Origin: a virus | DNA: 28,336 nucleotides | Direction: 5' to 3' (one strand) | IMG/VR virus record: IMGVR_UViG_3300015608_001846 | Coordinates: 60,001 to 88,336 of that record | Part shown: positions 1-5,139 of the stretch, piece after piece | Numbering within the stretch: position 1 is the first letter of the stretch | How the letters are laid out: the number at the start of each line of letters is the position of its first letter | Notes under the pieces: model-generated | The model's database searches: none | What the model saw: only the letters and a program-made list of their open reading frames with translations | What the model was told of the DNA's origin: nothing | Program-made: the position numbers and the translations under genes

Positions 1-280
1 ACACAATTTCGTCATCAAGCGTAAGTTGTCCAGCCTCAATCCAGCCACGTTGAGTCATGACGAGGTGATCAGAGGTGAGTTTAATGACACCAATGTCAGT
101 GTCAAGCTCAATCACGTCTTTCATGCCATTGCATACTGCGGCGACAATTACATCCTGTTCGAGCTCACCAGTCTCTTCATTATACGAAGGAAGCGTGACA
201 CCGATCATCTGATCGTCAACGATCTCTTTGATCGTGATTTCGCCTTCATCGGTCATGACCTTTGCATCGCCAGTCAAGCA
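1..280 (-). mobile_element. Intein (third in dnaE), N-terminal region only; continues beyond the window
   Basis: Cys codon at 280..278 directly after extein ...KKTYS. Block A-like CLTGDAKVM and block B-like LTSDH (TxxH). The window cannot show whether it is contiguous or split. Confidence 0.7.
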
Positions 281-637
281 CGAGTACGTCTTCTTCAGGA
301 TCTCGTTGATTCGTGGGTCACCCCACTCCAGCTCCTTGCCAGCCCTTGCTTCCAAGTAAAGCTTGTCAACGTTTGCCGCGAGAGGTCCAGGTCGGTAGAT
401 CGACGTCAGCGTCGCTATGTCAATGATGCTCTTCGGTTTGGCCTTGACGAACAGCCTTTGCGCACCTGAAGAGGTGAGCTGGAAGATGCCTGCCCACTTG
501 GCCTTTTCATACACCTCATACGGAGATCGGTCGTTGAAGTCGATGACATCGGGAGACATGTGCCGCTCGTACCAGTCCTTGATGTCGGCGAACGTGGGTT
601 TGCACTTCGAAATGTCAGTGACCTTGGTCGGTTTCAT
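1..637 (-). CDS. dnaE: DNA polymerase III alpha (DnaE) fragment D: 119-aa extein followed by the N-terminal part of a further intein. The ORF runs off the left edge and is absent from the supplied ORF track.
   Basis: Own translation of the minus strand from ATG 637..635: MKPTKVTDISKCKPTFADIKDWYERHMSPDVIDFNDRSPYEVYEKAKWAGIFQLTSSGAQRLFVKAKPKSIIDIATLTSIYRPGPLAANV...INEILKKTYS, then CLTGDAKVMTDEGEITIKEIV...IKLTSDHLVMTQRGWIEAGQL. GIFQLxS and YRPGP are canonical DnaE motifs. AGGAG lies just upstream of the ATG. Confidence 0.85.
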   Translation of the reverse strand, partial: MKPTKVTDISKCKPTFADIKDWYERHMSPDVIDFNDRSPYEVYEKAKWAGIFQLTSSGAQRLFVKAKPKSIIDIATLTSIYRPGPLAANVDKLYLEARAGKELEWGDPRINEILKKTYSCLTGDAKVMTDEGEITIKEIVDDQMIGVTLPSYNEETGELEQDVIVAAVCNGMKDVIELDTDIGVIKLTSDHLVMTQRGWIEAGQLTLDDEIV

Positions 638-1655
638 GGACTCCTACGCTGGACTGTCGATCGGTCCCGTCTGGGTTTGACGATTCATCGATGGGTGCTA
701 GCCCAGCGGGAGCGTACCGCCAGCGACACCCATCGTACACTCGACTGGCACGGATGATGTTTAGCATCGTCGACTTGCTGATCCCGAGGTGCCTCTGGGC
801 CGCCGACGCTGAGACGAACACCGCGACGATCGATCCTTCGTCATTGATCTGGTGCACGCACTTCGAGCGGGCCGCCGACAGCAGCGCCTTCGTCTCACCA
901 GAGAGCCTGCGACCCTTCAACGATCGTGAGATGATCGATCTTGTTTCATCTGAGTGGCCCGGGCGCTCCCGTATGGTCGAGCGCGCCCACGACCGACGAC
1001 CGTCCCCTGGAACCGTTGAGCTCGGGCGACGGCCCGACAGGATCGCAGACATGTGAGCGCGGCTGACGCCCGCTGCGCGAGCAGCATCGGACACGGAATC
1101 GTGCACGGCGACGACATTGCCGTCGAGGTCAAACTCGATGACCTGGGTGCAATTGATTCGACGGTGGTTCTGCTGGCGTTTGGCCCTGACGAGGCCCAAG
1201 CGCTCGATGCGATGGCCTGCGATCTCTTGCGCCTTCCGGCCCGAGCTCGTCGACAGCCTACCGACGATCTCAGCGGCCACGCCGAGGTACTGGGCTGCCG
1301 CTGCCGTCGACTCGAACGTCAATCGATCTCCGGCCGGCGTCCACAGCGCGATGGGCACCCGATTGATCCCCGACAGACCGGCGCCCCCTGTCGTCATGTT
1401 GCTTGCGATGTCTGACGCCAGCGGATCAGCGACGAACGTGTGAAGTTCACTGACCAGCCTCCTCTCCTCGGAAAATGCAAGTTCTTCACTGTCGGTCGAT
1501 ACCACGATGCGCCTGTCCAGGCCCAACGCTGCTGAAATTGCAGCGTGCTTCCTGTTACGTCTGACGTTCAGAACGCGTGACGGGCTTCCTTTGCCCACGT
1601 AGTATGCACGCGGCTGCTCTTCCTTCGTGTAGTCGACATATACGCAGAATTTCAT
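615..1655 (-). CDS. GIY-YIG family homing endonuclease with NUMOD1/IENR1-like HTH repeats and NUMOD3-like motifs
   Basis: N-terminus FCVYVDYTKEEQPRAYYVGKG (GIY..YIG spacing), then conserved Arg (RRNRKH) and Glu (FSEERRLVSEL). Three HTH-like repeats: AAQYLGVAAEIV, AARAAGVSRAHMSAIL, AAQRHLGISKSTMLNII. HSDETRSIISRSLKGRRLSGETKALLS is NUMOD3-like. The ATG overlaps the stop of the upstream dnaE piece (ATGA at 1652..1655). Sampled 60-nt lines are about 70% GC, against 40-58% in the flanks. Confidence 0.8.
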   Translation of the reverse strand: MKFCVYVDYTKEEQPRAYYVGKGSPSRVLNVRRNRKHAAISAALGLDRRIVVSTDSEELAFSEERRLVSELHTFVADPLASDIASNMTTGGAGLSGINRVPIALWTPAGDRLTFESTAAAAQYLGVAAEIVGRLSTSSGRKAQEIAGHRIERLGLVRAKRQQNHRRINCTQVIEFDLDGNVVAVHDSVSDAARAAGVSRAHMSAILSGRRPSSTVPGDGRRSWARSTIRERPGHSDETRSIISRSLKGRRLSGETKALLSAARSKCVHQINDEGSIVAVFVSASAAQRHLGISKSTMLNIIRASRVYDGCRWRYAPAGLAPIDESSNPDGTDRQSSVGVHETDQGH

Positions 1656-2527
1656 CGATGTTCAAGCGGAAATCGGAGATCATCATCGACGGTCACAGCA
1701 GCTACAGCCTTCCAGGATCCGTCCTCGAGCATGACTTCTGCGGTGCTCTTCAACCTATGCACCTCGCCTGAAAGCTCGATCTCAACAAGTCCGACCTGTC
1801 TTTCTTTTTGGATGATGAGTTCGATTGTCCGCTCAATGAGTCGCAAAGTTTCTAGACCCAGTAGGTCGTATTTGATGAAATTGCCGATGTACTCGAGGTG
1901 CTTGAAGTTGACGCCCTCGACCCAGGGCGACTGTGGTTCGCCGCCGGAACAGATCAGTGGCATCTTCGACGGCAGGTCATCGCAGATGAGGACACCGCCG
2001 GCGTGGCGGCCCAAGGACCGGTTCTGCTTGAACAGGATCTGGATCGACTCTGCGACCTGCGGGTGACGATCGATGAACGCCTTGAACGACGGAGAGTGGG
2101 CGATGGCATCCTCGTACTTCAAGACGAAGAGGTTCTTGTCGTCGCCGTGCTTCATCGTCGCCCGACGGACGTCGTCCTCGACGGTGCGAGTGGCTGCGTT
2201 GGTCTCCTCGAAGGGAACGCCGTAGAACTTGCCGATGTCCTTCACTAGTGTCTTAAGCTTAAGTGTAATGTAGTTCGAGATGGGCACCACGTTCTCAAAG
2301 CCGAAGAAGACACGCAGTTGGTCAAGGACCTTGTCGCGGTCAGCGAGGTCAGTGTCAATATCTGGGGCACCCGAGTTATGGGTCAGCGTCCAGTCGTGAC
2401 CATTATCAGACACCCAAAATGTGTGTTGATCTTTAACCTCAATGTCAATAAGGTCCAATTCCTCATCAACGACTTCGATGCTCTCGATCTTACACGTGTT
2501 TACAGATGAGACGCTCTGTGTCTGCAT
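1652..2527 (-). CDS. dnaE: IntC (split intein 2, C-half) fused to DnaE fragment C (palm region with catalytic PDxDxD)
   Basis: MQTQSVSSVNTCKIESIEVVDEELDLIDIEVKDQHTFWVSDNGHDWTLTHN, then SGAPDIDTDLADRDKVLDQL...GRHAGGVLI...YDLLGLETLRLIERT. The ...HN/S junction is a canonical intein C-terminal splice site. PDIDTD matches the DnaE catalytic Asp motif (E. coli PDFDVDF). Confidence 0.85.
   Translation of the reverse strand: MQTQSVSSVNTCKIESIEVVDEELDLIDIEVKDQHTFWVSDNGHDWTLTHNSGAPDIDTDLADRDKVLDQLRVFFGFENVVPISNYITLKLKTLVKDIGKFYGVPFEETNAATRTVEDDVRRATMKHGDDKNLFVLKYEDAIAHSPSFKAFIDRHPQVAESIQILFKQNRSLGRHAGGVLICDDLPSKMPLICSGGEPQSPWVEGVNFKHLEYIGNFIKYDLLGLETLRLIERTIELIIQKERQVGLVEIELSGEVHRLKSTAEVMLEDGSWKAVAAVTVDDDLRFPLEHR
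2375..2527 (-). mobile_element. Split intein 2, C-terminal half (IntC2, about 51 aa or shorter)
   Basis: Ends TLTHN (codons to 2375), followed by Ser +1 (2374..2372). Strongly acidic (EVVDEELDLIDIE). Confidence 0.75.
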
Positions 2528-3428
2528 AGTTTCTGTGTTCCAGGTTCGGGATCAAATCGTACACTCCAAGTCGTCGAAGTTCATTGTAGAAGTCGTCCAT
2601 GTAGATGACATCGATGTGTTGGCCTGAAGTCACGATGGCTTTTCGGGCACGTGAGTTTGAATTTAGTAGCTTTGAAAAACGTGATTTACCTTCACGCACT
2701 CCCTTTAGCTCAACGTACCTGTCTTCAGCGCTGAACCAAAAATCAGGAGTGTAGCACTTCTCAACGCCATCGACGACGACATGAAACGCTTTCGCCTCAT
2801 ACTTGGGCGTCACTCCCAAGACGTGCACACAGTATCTGTAGTAGTCAGCCTCAAACGAACTCTTGAAGTATGGACTGTCCACGATGTCAGTACGAAAACC
2901 AGACCGTCCGTTCACATGGGACGCAACCATACCACGCGACTGCGCTTCACGTGTACATCGCTTTCCGCAGAAACGTGGCGTGTAACTCTTCTTTGTGGTG
3001 ATCGGTTTGTCACACATCTCGCAATTGTGCACATGAACATCAACACGTGAAACTGAAAAGCACTTGGGTGAGCAGAACTTTTGTGTTGCCTTTTTGGATG
3101 TGAACTCACGTTTGCAACTCACACACGTCAACACCAACGTCGCAATTTTGGTCAATGCTTTCGCCGTGTGCTTGTATCTACAGGCATTCGAACACAGTTC
3201 ACGAGCGCTGTGACACTTGGACACATAAAACTCATTGCCGCACTCAACGCATGTTTTGACTAACCTCGTCAAAAGAGGCGCACGGGATGCTAGCTTCTTT
3301 TGGGCCCAAGCACAAGCGTCAGAGCAATACTGTCGTCGTAACTTATTGCCAGAACCCTTACCCTTGGGCTCATAGTCAAATCGAAACGTGAGTCTGCAAT
3401 GTTTACATTGTTTCTCAATGATGTTCAT
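2490..3428 (-). CDS. Free-standing putative homing endonuclease: four tandem zinc-ribbon modules plus a C-terminal PD-(D/E)XK-type nuclease domain
   Basis: Four repeats of CxxC-x13-23-[FYL]CxxxC: CKHC..YCSDAC, CVEC..LCSNAC, CVSC..FCSPKC, CEMC..FCGKRC. C-terminus SSFEADYY...CYTPDFWF...RYVELKG gives an E...PD...ExK signature. Lies between IntN2 and IntC2 on the same strand and overlaps both neighbours. Confidence 0.6.
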   Translation of the reverse strand: MNIIEKQCKHCRLTFRFDYEPKGKGSGNKLRRQYCSDACAWAQKKLASRAPLLTRLVKTCVECGNEFYVSKCHSARELCSNACRYKHTAKALTKIATLVLTCVSCKREFTSKKATQKFCSPKCFSVSRVDVHVHNCEMCDKPITTKKSYTPRFCGKRCTREAQSRGMVASHVNGRSGFRTDIVDSPYFKSSFEADYYRYCVHVLGVTPKYEAKAFHVVVDGVEKCYTPDFWFSAEDRYVELKGVREGKSRFSKLLNSNSRARKAIVTSGQHIDVIYMDDFYNELRRLGVYDLIPNLEHRNYADTERLICKHV

Positions 3429-3912
3429 GATGGTACGTATACATCACGTCATCGATCGTCAAGTCTGACGTACGTTTCTTTGTTGGTTTTCCATCAAGTC
3501 CAACCACGAGCCACTCGTGGTTTCCCGAGCACGTGAAGGTGGAGCCGTTCACCTTCACCCGGTATGTTTTCTCGTGTTTCATCGTCACCACGTGGGTGAC
3601 CTCACGAGACGAACCATCTTGTGCAATAACGCTATCACCGACCCTGATATCTCGAAGCGCTGACGTTGACCCGCCAGACATCAAAACGCGCGTTTCAGGT
3701 GAAAGGCAGCGATGGACAGATAGAAACCTTGCGAAAGGCAGGTCCCACTTCAACGGGTCCAAGTCAGTGATGTAGAGGACGTAGGCAACGAGAGAGCCAC
3801 CGCCTGAGTTATGGACTGCGACGCCTTCCACATTGTAGGTGTGGCTGTTCTCAACGCAGAGGTCTACGACCTCACCCTTATACGGAACGACTGTCTTGCT
3901 TTTGAGCTTCAT
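3415..3912 (-). CDS. dnaE: IntC1 (35 aa) + 33-aa DnaE micro-extein (fragment B) + IntN2 (97 aa) in one 165-aa ORF
   Basis: From ATG 3912: MKLKSKTVVPYKGEVVDLCVENSHTYNVEGVAVHN | SGGGSLVAYVLYITDLDPLKWDLPFARFLSVHR | CLSPETRVLMSGG...TCSGNHEWLVV...HHEHH. The extein matches the conserved DnaE stretch GSxAGSLVAY..ITD.DP......ERFLNPER. The track ORF start at 3954 is less likely because it lies deep inside the upstream gene. Confidence 0.85.
   Translation of the reverse strand: MKLKSKTVVPYKGEVVDLCVENSHTYNVEGVAVHNSGGGSLVAYVLYITDLDPLKWDLPFARFLSVHRCLSPETRVLMSGGSTSALRDIRVGDSVIAQDGSSREVTHVVTMKHEKTYRVKVNGSTFTCSGNHEWLVVGLDGKPTKKRTSDLTIDDVMYTYHHEHH
3418..3708 (-). mobile_element. Split intein 2, N-terminal half (IntN2, 97 aa)
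   Basis: Cys1 codon at 3708..3706 after extein ...SVHR. Block A CLSPETRVLM, block B CSGNH. The ORF stops without any C-terminal intein blocks. Confidence 0.8.
3808..3912 (-). mobile_element. Split intein 1, C-terminal half (IntC1, 35 aa)
   Basis: MKLKSKTVVPYKGEVVDLCVENSHTYNVEGVAVHN aligns by eye with the cyanobacterial DnaE IntC pattern (..YDIGVE.DHNF....G...HN). Asn codon 3810..3808, Ser +1 at 3807..3805. Confidence 0.8.
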
Positions 3913-4903
3913 GGTATGCGTTCGCCTTCTTTGAATAGGCGCGTAGGTCCACATCCAATACTACCTTGTACGACCGAGCGTTTGCATTGCACCAGCTCGC
4001 CAAAGCTTCAAGCTTCGCACACCAGGTCAACGGAGATGCATCGATCCAACGCTGCCCCTTTACCTCAACGATAACACCATCGACCACGAAGTCTGGATAA
4101 TAGTCGTGTTCCTTGCCATCGATAGGATCCACGTAAGGTACCGAAAAACCACACCGAACTGCATGTTTCCCGTTGTCAACACACCAGAGCAGAAACGCCA
4201 GTTCTAGCTTCGAGTGGTAGACAGTGACTCCTTCATACAGACCAACGTGTTTATAGACGCCCCGTCCGCCGACCCGGTCGCGGTAATCTGGATCGGATGC
4301 CCACTTGTTACGCATGATGCAAGCCATGTTCTCTTTGTACGCTGGGTCGCTCACTGTTCGTTTTTGTGCCTCTCGCATCACCTTGCCTTGGTCACCCACC
4401 CACAAGGCGCGTGAATTCTCTCGGTGCCTCTCAAGGGTCTCGGGACGGTTCTGAGCGGCAAGTTGAGCCCTGGAATTGATGGCACGGACCTCTTCGTCCC
4501 ACTGATGATGTTTGCGATAACACGATGGACATGCTTGGACGTGGTGACGCCGAGAAAACAGTTTCTTCGCAACACTGACGTATACCACCGAACAATGAAT
4601 GCATCTGACCTGAACTCGTGCCTTCTTTGAGTGTTTGTTCCATTCGTACTCGTCCCACGCAAAACCGATGTAGGGTTTGAAACCCGTCAACGTTGCACGA
4701 CGAGCATACGTCGTTCGATTGATACCGAGGATGGGCTCCAGTAACGACCACAAACGCTGTGTGATGAGCTGCGAATCATCGACACGAAGCGCTTCAATCA
4801 CCACACCCATTTGCTCGTGCGTCAGGAGAATTATCTTAGGCTTCTTCCCTTTGAACCGGGTGCTAGCACGTTCGCGTGCTTCCCGCGTCTTCCGACCATC
4901 CAT
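3878..4903 (-). CDS. Free-standing putative homing endonuclease with a C-terminal PD-(D/E)XK-type nuclease domain and a different N-terminal DNA-binding region
   Basis: C-terminus YHSKLELAFLLWC...HDYYPDFVVDGVIVEVKG gives E...PD...ExK (TnsA/restriction-endonuclease-like). Zinc ribbon CIHC...CPSC. Lies between IntN1 and IntC1 on the same strand. Confidence 0.6.
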   Translation of the reverse strand: MDGRKTREARERASTRFKGKKPKIILLTHEQMGVVIEALRVDDSQLITQRLWSLLEPILGINRTTYARRATLTGFKPYIGFAWDEYEWNKHSKKARVQVRCIHCSVVYVSVAKKLFSRRHHVQACPSCYRKHHQWDEEVRAINSRAQLAAQNRPETLERHRENSRALWVGDQGKVMREAQKRTVSDPAYKENMACIMRNKWASDPDYRDRVGGRGVYKHVGLYEGVTVYHSKLELAFLLWCVDNGKHAVRCGFSVPYVDPIDGKEHDYYPDFVVDGVIVEVKGQRWIDASPLTWCAKLEALASWCNANARSYKVVLDVDLRAYSKKANAYHEAQKQDSRSV

Positions 4904-4926
4904 GCTTCGCAGGTATGGAACGTGGG

Positions 4927-5139
4927 TCAGGTAAACTTCGGAAACAAAAGCTTTGTCGGCGCTTTTGGAACGTCATCTTCATCGCTAAGCCCATGTTGTT
5001 CCCACAATTGCTCATCAAGCAAACGAAAATCGATCGCGTCGAAGAGTTTCAAAAGATCAAGAGGCTCTTCAGAACTTGAAGATGACTCGAACTTCGCAAT
5101 CAAAGCAACGGTTTCAGCTTTGTATTCTTTGATTTTCAT
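4927..5139 (-). CDS. Hypothetical small acidic protein (70 aa)
   Basis: The ORF's ATG overlaps the stop of the IntN1-bearing dnaE piece (ATGA at 5136..5139). Acidic, serine-rich; no recognisable motif. Confidence 0.45.
   Translation of the reverse strand: MKIKEYKAETVALIAKFESSSSSEEPLDLLKLFDAIDFRLLDEQLWEQHGLSDEDDVPKAPTKLLFPKFT

Noticed and set aside
26-469. 147-aa plus-strand ORF at the left edge (also 417..680 and 560..757)
   Set aside because: The minus strand here encodes unmistakable DnaE motifs (GIFQLTS, YRPGP) and an intein N-terminus. The minus ORF is missing from the track only because it is open at the window edge.
615-1655. Possibility that the GIY-YIG ORF sits in a group I intron that is spliced out of the dnaE mRNA
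   Set aside because: There is no non-coding space for an intron core. The endonuclease ATG overlaps the upstream stop (ATGA). Its last 23 nt overlap the downstream dnaE piece, which has its own ATG and AGGAG. I therefore treat it as a free-standing gene that splits dnaE. RNA-seq could still overturn this.
3913-3954. Upstream start (ATG 3954, MWTYAPIQRRRTHT...) for the IntC1-extein-IntN2 ORF
   Set aside because: It would add 14 residues lying entirely within the upstream nuclease gene. ATG 3912 gives a 35-aa IntC of canonical length with a purine-rich stretch upstream.
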